Assembly: GCF_004010195.1 (NCBI RefSeq)
Contig: NC_057756.1
Coordinates: 591,805-655,804 of the forward strand
DNA from: Chiloscyllium plagiosum
Taxonomy: Eukaryota
Length of the DNA: 64,000 nucleotides
Direction: 5' to 3'
Positions 40,701 to 55,700 of this stretch are shown here, one piece after another. A program made the position numbers and the translations under genes. Within the stretch, counting starts at the first letter, position 1. The number at the start of each line of letters is the position of its first letter. A model generated the notes under the pieces. That model made no database searches, was not told where the DNA came from, and saw nothing but the letters and a program-made list of their open reading frames with translations.

Positions 40701-43700
40701 TTTTGTGAAGGCAGATTGAGGTGTTGGTGTCGCCCCTCCCCCTGTCCCTCCTCCCTACCTTTTATCTTAGCCTGCTTGGCACACCCTCCTCATTCCTCAA
40801 GAAGGGCTTATGCCCGAAACGCCGATTCTCCTGCTCCTTTGATGCTGCCTGACCTGCGGCACTTTTCCAGCAAAACATTTTTAAGTTATGTTGAAAGGGA
40901 ACATACAATTATCGTGAATATCAAAGATCAGTCAGGTTAGGCTAGGAAAATGAAAGTTGAAGTTTGTCAGTTCAATTTCCAAAACCTCAAACATCATTAG
41001 ATGTGGCCAATTAGTTTCCTGACACATAGTTTTTCACATTGACATATCATTTCATTATTGGACGACTTAATGTTGTCATACTTTTTAACATGCTCAAACA
41101 ATGTTTCTAATGTCCATTAGAAGTTGAATAATTTTGAGGATAACAGGAAAGTAACAAGAAGCAGTAATGCCGCAGCAGCAAACGCTATGGCCAAATCTAA
41201 GTAATGAAAATGTAATCACCCCTCTTCTTATTTAGACTACTTGAAATTAAGGTTCACAAGGAGGAGGTGTTAGCAATTCTGTAAAATGTGAAAATAAGTA
41301 AGTCCCCTGAGCTGGATGGGATTTATCCTCGGCAAGCCAGAAAGGAGATTGTAGAGTCTTTAGCTTTGATCTTTATGTCGTCATTGTCTACAGAAATATT
41401 GCCAGAAGAGTGGAAGATAGCAAATGTTGTCCCCTTGTTGAAGGAGGGGAGTAGAGACAACCCTGGCAATTATAGACCAGTAAGCCTTACTTCTGTTGTG
41501 GGTAAGGTGTTGGAAAAGGTTAGAAGGGATAGGATTTTTGATCATCTAGAGAGGAATAAATTGATCGTGGATAGTCAACACGGTTATCTGAAAGGCAGAT
41601 TGTGCCTCACAAACCTTATTGATGTCTTTGAGATGTTGACCAAACAGGTGGATGAGGATAAAACAGTTGATGTGGTGTATATGGATTTCAGTAAGGCATT
41701 TGATAAGGTTCCCCAGGATAGGCTATTGTACAAAATATGGAGGTATGGGATTGAGGATGATTTTGCAGTTTGGATCAGAAATTGGCCAGCTGGAAGAAGA
41801 CAGAGGATTTTGGTTGAGTTTAAATGTTCATCCTGGAGTTCAGTTACTAGTGGTGTACAAGGATCTGTTTTGGGGCCATTGTTGTTTGTCATTGTTTCAA
41901 ATGACCTTGATGAGGACTTAGAATGATGGAGTAGTAAATTTGCTAATGACACTAAAATTGGTGGAGTTGTGGATAGTACTGAAGGATGTTGCATGTTACA
42001 GGGGGACATATAAAGGCTGTAGAGCTGGCCTGAGAGATGGCAAATGGAGTTTAATGCAGAAAAGTGTGAGGTGAATCACTTTGGAAGGAGCAACTGGAAT
42101 AAATAGCACTGGGCTAATAGTAAGATTCTTGATAGTGTCGATGAACAGAGAGATCTTAGTATCCATGCACATAGCTCCCTGAAAGTTGCCACCCAGGTTG
42201 ATAAATTTGTTAAGAAGGCATATGGTGTGTTAGGTGTTACTGGTCGAGAGATTGAGTTTCGGGAGCCATGAGGTCTTGCTGCTGCTTTACAAAACCCTGG
42301 TGTAGCCATACTTGGAGTTTTGCATACAGTTCTGGTCACCACATTTTAGGAAGGATGTGGAAGCTTTCAAAATGGTTCAGAGGAGATTTATTACGGTGTT
42401 GCCTGGTATGGAGGAACGAGGAAAGGCTGAAGGACTTGAAACTGTTTATGTAAGAGAAAAGCAGGTTGAGAGGTTACTTAATTGAGACATACAAGATTAT
42501 CAGAAGGTTAGATAGGAGGGGCAGTGATAGCCTTTTACCTCGGATGTTGATTACTCGTACGAGGGGATACAGCTTTAAATTGATGGCTGATAAATGTAGG
42601 ACAGATGTCAGAGCTGGTTTCTTTATTCAGAGAGTAGTAGGATCGTGGAAGGCACTGTCTGCAACAATAGAACACTCGCCTACTGTAAGGGCATTTAAAT
42701 GGTCATTGGATAAACATATGGATGAAAATGGGATAGTGTAATTCATGGGCTTCAGATTGGTTCCACATGTCAGTGCAGCATTGAGGGCTGAAGGGCCTGT
42801 ACTGCGCTGAAATGTTCTATATTTCATCCTCTATGTTGCATTGAACAGCTTCTGATTTGCTGAAACGCTAGTCGCCTGAAACCTCCGGCGACAACATGAA
42901 TGAAAGTTTTATTACATTCAAAACATTGTGGTTTTCATCGAAGTTAGAAGCTGTGCATTCTGATAAAAGGCACAAGGAGTAAAAACCACATGCCTGATGG
43001 TTACAAAGTGCAATGAGACTTCCCTCAATATTTACAGCTCTAACATCCTTTATGCAGTTTGAATCCATTGATAAAAACAACTAATTTAATCACCATAGCA
43101 TCTCTAACTTTTGGTGTTCATCTCATCCACATCCACTGCATCCAAGCTATAATGTTTACACTTTGTACGATATAAGATGGGCAAGCAGTCTTTGTACACT
43201 GGCTGAGGATTGCATACCTCTATTTCATGAAATATTGGAGGTAACAGGCTGCTTTGTAACATTAGATTCCCTACAGTGTGAAAACAGGCCCTTCGGCCCA
43301 ACCAGTCCACATTGGCCCTCCGAAGAGTAACCCACCTAGACCCATTTCCCTCTGACTAATGCACCTAACACTATGTGCAATTTTAGCATGGCCTATTCAC
43401 CTGACCTGCACATGTTTGGACTGTGGGAGGAAACCCACTCAGATACAGGGAGAACGTACAAATCCCACACAGACAGTCGCCCAAGGCTGGAATCGAATCT
43501 GGGACTCTGGTGCTGTGAGGCATTAGTGCTAACCACTTGAGCCACCTCCATTAAGGCAACTTGCTTTTCTGTATCGTTAATTGTGATATGACAAGTTGAA
43601 AGTTGCTGCCAATATTGTAGACAGCACACAAGATAAAAAGATTGGTGAATCTGTGAAAGAAAATAAATCTCATTTTTCATTAATGAATGACCTTTTTTGC

Positions 43701-46700
43701 AAGTTATTACCATTAAAAAAGTAAATAGCTTAGATTTTGAGCATTTTTCTTTTTAAAAATCGTTTGCACTTGATATCAGATCAACATCAGAAAGTTAAGG
43801 ATCATAACGGATGGAGGGAGTAAAGAAAGAAAGACAACAATGTTAAAACTATTGGTGAACTCTTTTGGAAGCTAAAAAAACACGAGTTAGCAATCGGGTC
43901 ACACGGAATAGCGGTTTAAAGTAAGTATATGCAAATAATATAGGCATTACTCTCAAGTTAAAAACTAAAAAAAAAGCAGAACGGAAATCTAACAGAGAGT
44001 TAACACAAGAGTTAACCAAAATAAAACAAGGAGTTTAAGAATCTGCAAGGCGGAAGCATTTGTCAATGCAATACATGCTGGACTAGATTATTAACAAGGT
44101 TGCAGGTAGATATTTAGAAAATCATAACACAATTCAACAGTGTCAAAATGAGAAAACAACAGAAACCATGTTAAGCAAATGTGGTTTTGTTACTTGAAGA
44201 AATAAAATTGCGGTAGATAATAAGTATTGAAAACAAATACTCGATTGCCAAAAGACATTTCATAGTTTTCAACCTTATGATAACTGTACAAGTTAAAATG
44301 TCATGCGATCATTATCACACATTAGTTGGGGGAGATGATTAACCTTGTACAGGAAAACAGGCAATCGTGAGTACTTAATTATATTCATGTTGAAAAGCAG
44401 CAAGAAGCAAATGCCACATGGGCCTCTATTCAGACATGAGTCACTTCGGAGCTCTGTGAGTACCCAAAAGGAAAGGACTAGCTACATCACATCTAACTCC
44501 AGTGACAAAGCAACAATTAATAGCAAAGTAAGTACAAGGAATGACAGATAATTCAAGGGAATTGACAAGCAATTCCACGTGGAGGATAATGAAGAGGAAG
44601 TAGAATAATGAATATATCACTGGGTAGAAAGCAAGAGCCTCAGGTTAATGTACTGCAGTTAAGCATAATGGCATGTGGTCAACTATGCAACGGGGAAAAT
44701 GTTAAACCATCCACATTGTGACGATGCTGTCAATTTAAAAAGGTTGTGTTGACCTGTTGTTTTTTGGAATAGAGGTCGAAAAGGCAGAGGTGCGAATATC
44801 GTGACTGTAGACGGCTTAAGTAAACAACTTTGAACACCTCGAGCTTATTTTTAAAGAAGTCTGACTCGGGATGGCCGGCTCACATAGAAAGAGGCTTTAT
44901 GATTTTGTTTTTGTTTTAGCAGGCGAAGCTGTTTGGGTTCTGATAAGAGTTAGAAGCATCAGCGACTGATTCTTTGCTGCTACTTTCTCTGAACTCTCTC
45001 TTGATTATTTTTTCCTCCTGGATTGGAGAAGGGAAAGTAAAAAATTGTCTCCAAATTTTCCTTTATGACAAGAGGTGTGTTTATGCAACGTCACTATATT
45101 GGACAGTTAATTAGTAATAGGAACTACATCTATTATTTGATTGTTTTCCGATAGTTAGTTTGTTCTAAATACCACTTTCTTTTGTTTACATTTTAACTGT
45201 TGTGTTTAAATGCATTGTTTTGCTTAATGTTGAGTAGTTTGCCCATTCGCATCAAATCTGAAACAGGCATTTCACACCTACCAATAAACTGAGAAAAAGT
45301 TAGGGTCGAGGCTCTCATTTAAAAACGTTTTGATGGGTTCTGGTCAAGTAGAAACAACATGCATGCAAAGAATAGTAGCTCAAATCTAATAGTAAACTTC
45401 AATTTAACACTTGAACTTCGAAAAATAAGAGCACAACATCTTGAAACCAATAATTTCATAATAGAAGACACCAGATTGGTATTAGAACTGAATAATTGAG
45501 TGTGGAGATAGAAGAGAATGAGAGCAATATTATGAACTTCACAGAACAATGCCACATATGTGGTCCTTAATCTCGGCTGGTACAGGAGAGGTAAAACGAT
45601 TTCAGAACACAGAAAACGTGGAAGGGTGGATAGTATACTTAATGATGTCATTTGCATGGGAGGTAGAAATCATCTTAGTGGAGGAAATCATAATGTAGAA
45701 GCAATTTGAATAAATATGCGCAGTGATAAAATTTGTGTTACTTGTGGAAACAGTGCACAGCACTCAAGCCGAAAGAACTTGTTAGGTAGAGCATAAGATA
45801 AAGAATATTCAGAGGTATCATTAAAGAGATGGCAATCACTGTAGGAGCTTTTAAGCTGCATTTGAAATGGAAAGGTCAGCTGGGCACTTGTTGCCTGAAT
45901 ACAGAATTATACAATATTGTCTCCATTGTTTTTTAGAATGAACATGTTCTGGAGCTAACCAGATAGCGTGCTATAGCAGTCTGAGTATTGTGCAACTAGA
46001 TAAAGATTGCTTAATAATTGCATTATGCAGGGTACTGTACAAAGTATTCAAAGTCTTGAAAGTAATAACATTGAAGTTTTCGATCAGTTTGATGGGGAAG
46101 AAATGAGTAAGAGATTCCATTTTAAATTGAAAGTGGACAATGACAAGACATGATCACAAAACTTTATAGTGGTGTAAAAATCATTTTCAAAACAAGGATT
46201 ATATTTTCCTCAATTTGATCTTAATTTTAAGATATTTTATGGCAAGATCGTGGTATTTCTCAGTAGGAATGTGCTCGGATTTTTTGAATAAGGCGAAGTA
46301 GAAAATACAGCCATTATATTCTCAGAGGTCTGCTCTGTCATTAGAGAGATGACCAGTGGTGATTTAATGTCGGGGTTACCCAACCCCAGGCAATTTCGCG
46401 AATATACAATCACCATATTACCTCTTCTGGAACAACTGAACCAGCTGTGTTTATTATCGTCAGCATTTTAAAGTAGCGGTCAATCCAACTGAGCTGATCA
46501 CAAGTCAAAAGCTGCCAAATTTCTTTATTACTGGTGCAACTGTTTTTTCCTCTGGGTGCATTGATAATCGTCTTATACACAACTTCATATCACAAATTAT
46601 GCTGGATTTTTCTTTATAAATCACTCCTTCTTTCTAAAGTTATCTCCTTCAATATGATATCCCGTGAAAGTTACTTCATTTGAGAACAAATTACCTGTCA

Positions 46701-49700
46701 TGTCTTCTGTACGAGTATTGATCTATTTTTGTTTGCTGTGCAGCCTTTTTATATACCAGATATTATGTGATTTCGAAATGTCTCTGCTACAATTAATGCG
46801 TTGACATGTTTGTTTTCCACCATTCCAGAACTGGATACTTGCAAGGAAAATGTAAAAGACTTAGGTGAGGAGAGTGGGCTTTGCCCTTCATAAGTCTTTC
46901 AAAGGAAATGTCCAGTAAATCAAATTAGAAATGTAGAAAGATGAACAGTTGGAAGTTTGGGTCATCGAATAACATATCACATTCTGTAAATGGAACTATC
47001 AGGGTTCAACACATATAGTAACATTTTATAATGATGACATTTCACTATGCAGTGAATGATATTCAGTTTCCTACCAGATTATAAATATTTCTTTCTTGCC
47101 ATATCGTTGTTTGATCTTGTTCATACGTTTTTAATTATTTACAGAAAAACAGCTAGCAATGAAGGATGTTGGTAATGCATTTCAATCTAATTATTGCTGA
47201 AGGTGTACTGCCAGAGACAGCTAGAAATTCGCAACATACTCTTCCAGTTATCACAAGATGTTCCCCTGCAATAGGTCTATGAATGTGCAACAGACAAGAT
47301 ATTGCAGGAGCAAAGAGCAACATCTGTTGTCACAAACAGTTCATAATTAGAATGAAACCCAACAAAACAGAAAACGCAAAACAACATAAATACAACACAA
47401 CTGTTATGATGTTGGTTGAGAGCGTTGTCAGATTTCTACATCTTTTTTTAAATAATAATTAATGGTTTGCTGATATTATTGAGTATTTTCATTGTACTAA
47501 TAATGAGGAGAATACTCCTGTATGATGGTGGTTGAGAAGTTCCATTGTTAAATTTGAAGTGTAATCGATATGATACCAATTAAGCAAATAACAATTAGAA
47601 GAGACTCCACAAGCAGGTGCTAGTGAATAATATCAAGGCTGCTAACCTATGATTATAATTTGCATTTTGTGGTCACATTGCCGCCTCTCAGACTTGAAAT
47701 ATGCACTGGCCATTAACAGCATGTAAAATTTGCCAGGTAATTTCTGTTAACTAGCGTGCAACACATTGGGCTGATTATGGCCATGAAATCCCCAACATTA
47801 ATCTCACTAGAATGATGGCAGGTGTGCAGGACAATGCTTTGAAGCTTTACTTAATCACCAATACCTTGATCGCTCATACACTTTTTATGTTCGTTTCGAA
47901 TAGGACGACTACACATCGTTGATCCAATCAAGATGCAATTGCTACAGAAACTGACATCAGGATTTGACAGAGAGAACTTGCAGAACAAATTCGTTTTTCG
48001 GGAAATAATGGAGGGAGGGAGTAAAGCGAAAACGACAATGAGATTACAACAATTGGTAAACCTAATAGGAATAAAAAAAAGCCTTGAAAGTCAAAGTACA
48101 ATCCAAGCAGTTTCAATATACAATCTGTAAATAGTATAGATGTCTTGCTCTCAAGTTTATGACCTGAAAATTTAAACCAACGGAAATGTTATAGTAATCG
48201 AAACGTTAAGTTGAGATAATTTCAAAAATAACACATCCAGCTTAAGAAACTACAATGCAGAGTGCACATGTCAGTGCACACATGCTCGAACCAATCATTA
48301 ACGAGTTCGTAGGTGGATACATAGAAAATTATAACACTACGAAGAAGAATGTGGATTATTATGGAAGGGGTAACGTATTCAGCAAATATAATAACGCTAG
48401 TTGAGGTGTTCAAAGTATGGTACATAATGGGTATAGAAAATATAAAGTTTAGACTTCAAAAATGCATTCTGCAAGTTTCCACATTAAAACTTAACAAACA
48501 AATTTCTCATGATTTTGCAATAATGCATTAGTCTGGACAGATCATTCTCATTAAAGAACTGTTAGAAGCAGAATGCCTTGAGAGTCTGCATTCAGGCCAC
48601 CATCACTTCGGAGCTATGTGAATAATCTAAATGAAAGGATCAGCAGCATTACAGATAAACCTCCTGACAAGACGTCAAATAGTCAGAAATAAGTGCTGGT
48701 AATAATTAAAATATACACAACAGGCAATTCAAGTGAGTTTGAAAACAATTTCATACTGAGCGTAAGATGAGGTCGTGGACTAGTCATCATGTCAGTTGAA
48801 AGAAATACAAAGTATCAGGCTAAAGCATCAGATTTTAAATTAACCACTGTATATGGTGAATGATTCTTCGGGGAAAATACAGTTGCTTAAAAAGAATGGC
48901 AGCTTTATTTTAGCTGTAAACTAAAACATGAGAGTAGATTATATAAAAAGAAGAATGACATAATTCAACTAAACTTTTGATCTTTGGAAGATGGAAATAA
49001 TAATTATAGTCTAATATCCTTTACAGAGAGATTGCTGCTAGTTGATGAAAATGCGCTCTTGCATCCTGATATGTCCGGGACAGTGAAGAAAGACAGGACA
49101 ATCTGAAATGTTGGAAGCATGGATAGCATCCACATAATAATGATAGATGTACTAAATCTTACTCCAAAGTGAGATGTTGAAAGTTAGGGTTGTCAGAGAA
49201 ATAACAGAAAAATCTAACAGAAGACTTGGAATATTCACGAGTTGTTGGAGATAGTGATGGCTGCAGATATTGTAAATTCAGAGTCTATAAAGCACGGAAC
49301 TGGAAAAAACACAGCTGGTTGAGTGAAATCAGAGGAACGGGGAGTTGACATTACAGCTCGGAACCTCTCATCCAGAGTGGGGAGAGGGAAGAAGGCAGAG
49401 AACTAAACAGAGGAAGGGGGATATGTTTGGGGAAAATTTGGTGGGATGGCAATAAGTGTTTGCAGGTAGTAGGTAAGTGGTAAGGGTGAAGCAGATAGAT
49501 GGGAAACAAGATGAACATGTTAGGTCAGGTCAAGCGGGTTTGGCAGTGAGGGAGGAATGGAGTTGGTGGTTGGGTGGTGGGGAAATTTGAAAGCATATGA
49601 TTCTATGTTAAGGCCCTATGGTTGTAAGCTCCAGAGGTGGAAGACGAGATGTCCTTCCTCCAGTTTAGATGTGGGGCACAGGATAGAAATGTTGTCAGGG

Positions 49701-52700
49701 GAATGGATTGGGAATGGAAATAGATGGCAATTGGAAAATGGGTTGATTGGAGCACATGGACCATAGATGTTCCCTGAAAGAATCCTGGAGTTTGCACTCA
49801 GTTTCTTTGATGTAGAGGAGACCACATTGAGAACAACAGATGCAAAAAGTCAGGTTAAAGAAAATGCAGGCGGATCTCTGCCAGACTTGGTATAATTCTT
49901 TGGGGCCTTGGACAGAGGTAAGAGAGGAGATGTAGGAGCAGGTTATGTAACTCCTACAATCGCAGGGAAAGGATTCAGGTGTGAAGTGGAGGTTCGTGGA
50001 GAGTGCAGAACTATCGAGGGTGTCGTGAAGGGAACCGTCACTATGGAAAGAAGATATGGACGGGAAGGGAAATACCATTTGTTGGTGGTCACCTCTCACA
50101 CCTCCCTCCCTGTTTGTGGACCTCTCCATCTCCATCTCCGGCAACCAACTCACTATCAACATATAGTTCAAAACTGATTATGCCCACAGGTATCTTGACT
50201 GCACTTTTTCCACAACGCTTGCCCGCGTAGAAATGCAATCACATACTCACAATTCATCCACCTCCACTGTATCTGCTCCCAGGATGAACGATTGCACTAC
50301 TGGATACCCCAGATGTCCTCCTTCATCAGGGCCGGTTATTTCCCCTTCCCCCTTCATGAATAATGCAATCAACCTCATCTCCTGCATTTTCTATATTTCT
50401 ATCTTCAAACTCTACCACCAAACCACAACAAGGATAGAGTCCCGCTGGTCCTCACAATCCTACCCACTAATCTCGAAATCGAGTGGACCATCCTCTGCCT
50501 GACAAAGGAAGCACATGGTGAGGTCAGTGCAGGAGAGAGACAGAAAGAAACCCATATTGCAAACTGACAGAGCAATGAACCTGCTCAGTAACTGCCTTTG
50601 GTGTTGAATTCATGTATTGCTGGACATGAGAATGCGTCTTGAAAAATGAACAAACAATGAAATTCACAACAGATCTTGGAGGAACCTGTTTGGGAGAGGT
50701 CACAGCACAGAAACAGAAAAGTGGATATTTTAAGTGTGGCCTTACAATAACTTTGCAGTAGTGAATAGAGTGGGTTCTTTCTTGATTATATGTTTTATTG
50801 AGATATGTCTCTTGATTAAACTTAAAATATAAGCCATAAGTATTAATTTAATCTGGAACAACGTTTTGTAGAAGAATAAGACAGTGCTATTTTCTGGGAC
50901 TGTAGATTGAAAGAAGCAAAAATGTCCTTTAGTACAGTGATATGCTCTTCTTGCTGTTGGTTGCAAATCCTATCAGATCGAATGGATCAGTTGAAGAGAC
51001 ATTTAGAGGCAGTGAGGAATTTACAAGAGCAAGGGGATGTGATAGATGGCAGTTATAGGAAGGGGAAAAAGTCGCAGATACAGTCACATAGAAGGGTTAA
51101 ATCCAGGAAAGGTAAGAGAGGTAGGCAGTTAGTGCAGGAGTCTTCTGTGGCTATCCCCATTTCAAACAAGTATGCTATTTTTGGAAAATGTAAGGTTGTT
51201 GGATTCTCCGGGGAATGTAGCATGAACAGCCAAGTTTCTGGTATCGAGCTTGGCTGTAATGCATTGAGGAGTATGCCGGGTTCCAAGAGATCGATTGTGT
51301 TAGGAGAACATTCTAGTCTGAGGAAAAGACAGACGTTTCTGTGGCCAGCAGAGAAAAATCAGAATGGTGTGTTGCTTCCCTGGTGCCAGGATCAAGGGTG
51401 TCACATAGATGGTGCAGAATGTTCTCAAGGGGGAGAGGGTCTAGCAGGAGGTAATTGTACACATTGGAACCAACGACATCGGACGGGAAAAGTTTGAGAT
51501 TCTGAAGGGAGATTACAGAGAGTTAGGCAAGAATTTAAAACGGGGGTCCTCAAGAGTGGCAATATTTGGATTACTTTCGGTGCTGCGAGCTCGTGAGGGC
51601 AGGAATAGGAGGATAAAGCAGATGAATGCATGAGTGAGAAGCTCGTGCATGGGAGAATGATTCACTTTTTTGGATCATTGGAAGCTCTTTTGGGATAGAA
51701 GTGACCTGTACAGAAAGGACGGATTGCACCTATATTGGAAGGGGACTATTATACTGGCAGGGAGATTTGCGAGAGCTGCTCGGGAAGATTTAAACTATTA
51801 AGTTGGGATAGTGGGACCGAGGGAGAAAGTGATGAAAGAGATGAATCTGAGACTGGTACAGTTGAGAACAAAGAGGAGTCAAACAATCAGGGCAGGTAGG
51901 GACAAAACAGAGAACAAGGTAGGATTCATAAATTAAACTGTATTTCTTTCAATGCAAGGGGCCTAACAGGGAAGGCAGATGAACTCAGGGCATGGTTAGA
52001 GACATGGGAGTGGGATATCATAGCAAGTACAGAAACAGGGCTTAGGGATGGACAGGGCTGGCAGCTTAATGTTCCAGGGTGCAAATGCTACAGGTAGGCC
52101 AGAAAGGGAGGCAAGACTGGAGGGGGAGTGGCGTTTTTGATAAGGGATAGCATTACAGCTGTATTGAAGGAGGATATTCCCAGAATAACATCCAGGGAAG
52201 ATATTTGGGTGGAACTGAGAAATAAGAAAGGGATGATCACCTTATTTTTGACTGTATTATAGACTCCTTAATCGTAAGAGGGGAACTGGGAATAAATTTG
52301 CAAGGAGATCTCAGTTATCTGTAAGAATAGTAAGGTGGTTATTTTTTTTAGGTTTCTTACAGCGAGGAAACAGGCCCTTCGGCCCAACAAGTCCACACCA
52401 ACCCGACACCAACCCATGCATTTACCCCTTCACCTAACACTCGGGGCAAGTTAAAATGGCCAATTCACCTGACTTGCACATCTTTAGACTGTGGGAGGAA
52501 ACCCACGCAGACACGGGGAGAAAGTGCAAACTCCACACAGTCAGTCACCTGAGGTGGGAATTGAACCCAGGTCTCTAGCCCTGTGAGGCAGCAGTGCTAA
52601 CCACCGTGCCGCCCACAGTTATAGAAGGGGATTTTAAATTTCTGGACATACACTGGGACTGCCATAGTGTAAAGGGTTTAGATTGGGTTGTTTTTAATAT

Positions 52701-55700
52701 TCCCTACAGTGTGGAAACAGGCCTTTCGGCTCAACTAGTCCACACCCACTCTCCAAAAAGTAACCCACATAGACCCATTCCCCTATCTAATGCACCTAAT
52801 CCTAAAGGCAATTTAGCCTGACCAATTCACCTAACCCGCACATCTTGGAGAGGAATTCGTTAAGTGTGTACTGATTCACTATGTGGATGTACATAGCAGA
52901 GAAGGGGCAAAGCTTGACTTACTCGAGGGAAATAAGGCAGGGCAGGTGACTGAGATGTCAGTGGGGGAGCATTTGGGGCCAGCGACCATAATTCTATTAT
53001 CTTTAAAATAGTGATGGAGAAGGATAGACCAGATCTAAAAGTTGAAGATCTAAATCAGAGACAGGCCAAATTTGACTGTATTAGGCAAGAACTTTCAAAA
53101 GCTGATTAGGGGCAGATGTTCGCAGGAAAGGGATGGCTGGAAAATGGGAAGCCTTCAGAAATGAGATAACGAGAGTCCAGAGAACGTATATTCCTGTTAA
53201 GGTGAAAGGAAAGGCTGGTAGGTATAGGTAATGCTGAATGACTAAGGAAATTGAGGGTTTGGTTAAGAAAACGAAGGAAGCTTATGTAAGGTATAGACAG
53301 GATAGATTGAATAGTAAGTTAAGAGAAAAATAAGGAGGACAAAAAAGGGGACAAGAGATAGTTTTAGCAAAAAGAGTTAAGGAGATTCCAAAGGGTTTTA
53401 CAAGTACATTAAGGATAAAAGAGTAACTAAGAAGAGAATAGAGCCCCGCAACGATAAGCATGGTGACCATTATGTGAAGCCGCAGGAGACGGGGGAGGTA
53501 CTAAAATGATTATGTAACAGCAGTATTTAATGTGGAAAAGGCCATGGAAGATATAGAATGTAGGGAAATAGACGGTGACATGTTTAAAAAAGGCCATATT
53601 TCAGAGGAGGGAGTGCTGGATGTCTTGAAACGCATAAATCCCCAGGACGTGATCAGGTGTACCCTAGAACTCTGGGGGAAGCTGGGATGTGATTGTTTGG
53701 CCTGTTACTGAGGTATTTAAATCATTGAGGATTGAGTGCATTTAGATCTCACGATTCAGAGGCTGTAGAGGTGGAGTGTCTGAAAACATTTTAAGATGCA
53801 GGTAAGGATCCTGTAAAGAGCAGTATTACGAAAAGACTCGAAGTCTTAACTGTTTCTATCTGAAGTAAAGATCCCAGATTGGATGGATTTCCCAAGCAGT
53901 CTCTCTGATTGTTAACAGTTTTCTTTTTCTGGTCGTTTAGACTTTGAAACTGCTCATGTAAACAGATCAACGAGAACAGTCTTAAAGGACCAAATATTGT
54001 AATTCTACTACTAATGTGGATTTTTCGTATGAAGCTAATTATATTAGTTTTGAATGGTGCAGTTTTGACTGGGTCAGTGTTATGTCAGCGGATGATGACA
54101 GTAAATCTGCTTTTAATGGAGAAAACAATCATATCAATGAATCATTTCATTAGATTGGATGCAATGATATGAATGACCAAGGCCATTGTATCAGATTTGT
54201 ATCTTCCTTCATGTCGAAGTTCACGAATAAATCTTCTTTACATGAGAACTCAAGAAGAGTTATGACTCTTTTCTTAAAAAAAAAGGTTTACTTTCAAAGG
54301 AAATTAGCTCATGCTTATTTTTTTTTAATTCCAAAGTTGCAGACCTCGATGAATGTAAAGATGCATTGAAAACTTTGGGTAGGAAAGATTATATTCAATA
54401 TTTTAAAATACATATGAGTTTTATAGCTTTTGTGTACTATTGTCAGCAGCTACACCTAACATTCCGTCAACCAGCATTTCACTGGGAAAATGCAAAATTA
54501 TTTTAACTAATTAGACTATAGTCATAAATCCCTTATTCACACACTTTCATTTTTCTTACATTTGAAGTCTCTAATTCACCAATAGAATACTGAAAACTTC
54601 AACTCCTCTATATCACTTTTGGCAATTACCTGATGGCAAAAATATATCAAATCATCATTCCAGTTGTTGGAAATGTTTATTCCGTGGGTATTGTCCTGGC
54701 AAGACCGTACTGTTAATGCTTTCATATTTAGTCTTAAATTCTGCTCAAGCTGCAATTCAAACTGTATCTCTGTGATTTCTGCCATTCCTATAATTATTAT
54801 TGACCTTGGTACAGTAGTAATTCTATCTGCTTTGCATAATAATTTCCGAGAACTAAACATTGGCAGCAGTACCGTTGCTCATGTGTCCACAAAACTTTCT
54901 TGTTCAAAGGTGTTTTTGTGAAAAGTATTTGGTTTTTAAATGATTTTTAAAGCTCACTTACTTTAAAAATTATAAGCAATCGGTAAACCATTACGGTAAA
55001 CATTAGAACGTAAGACTAATGTGGTGCAGGATAATTCAATGCAGGATTGCAAATCGCTCAATCAATAAAATAAATAATGCACACGAAAAAGTCTATATGT
55101 GTAGGGAGAAAACAATAGCTGTTTCGTTTCAATAGGAAATCCGTTTAAATATTCATAATTATTACAGTAGAATTCATACCTTTACAGCAAATTGGAATTA
55201 AAATTATGCTACTGTAATTTTAACCCAGAGATGTAATGAAATGACAAGGCGAACTCAAAATAAAGCATGGCAAATGGGAAGTTAAATTAACTGGAAAGAA
55301 GCCTGAGTAAAACGTATATTTTAGTAGAACTGGTAAATATGCATCTCCATGGTTCTGGAGAAAAGAAACATTTTGAATATCAAAAAGTTTCAACAAAAAA
55401 TAGTTCGGACCTAAATGTACTTCTAGGAATATATTCATATATTTATGCATTAAAAGCTTTTGAAATAGTTTAGGAAATAAAGGAAGTATAACTAACAATA
55501 TTTTATTGTTCTAGAACGCCAGCAAGCATAGGCTAGCTAATTACAGACTAATTACAGATATTAGCGGTAGGGAAATTAGTGAAAACAAAAACGAGCGACA
55601 GGATTAATCAACAATTAAATAGCAAGTTTTAACCGAGAAGAAGGAGCATAGACTTATTGTTGCAAGATTTATTTTGGCTAATTTAATTGAGTTTTTTTTT

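Larger units (their letters stand above)
50560..53730 (+). mobile_element. CR1 LINE 5' half (5'UTR, ORF1, ORF2 endonuclease), 3'-truncated
   Basis: ORF1 MSFSTVICSSC..LQILSDRMDQL and esterase-like HIGTNDIG. ORF2 CISFNARGL, WDIIASTET, GGGVAFLI, GDF, SDHN. Confidence 0.9.

Noticed and set aside
41288..41926. 212-aa ORF as a host gene
   Set aside because: It is CR1 reverse transcriptase with stops downstream.
49027..49053. tttacag|AGAGATTG...AAATG, a 27-nt candidate
   Set aside because: Followed by cg, not gt.
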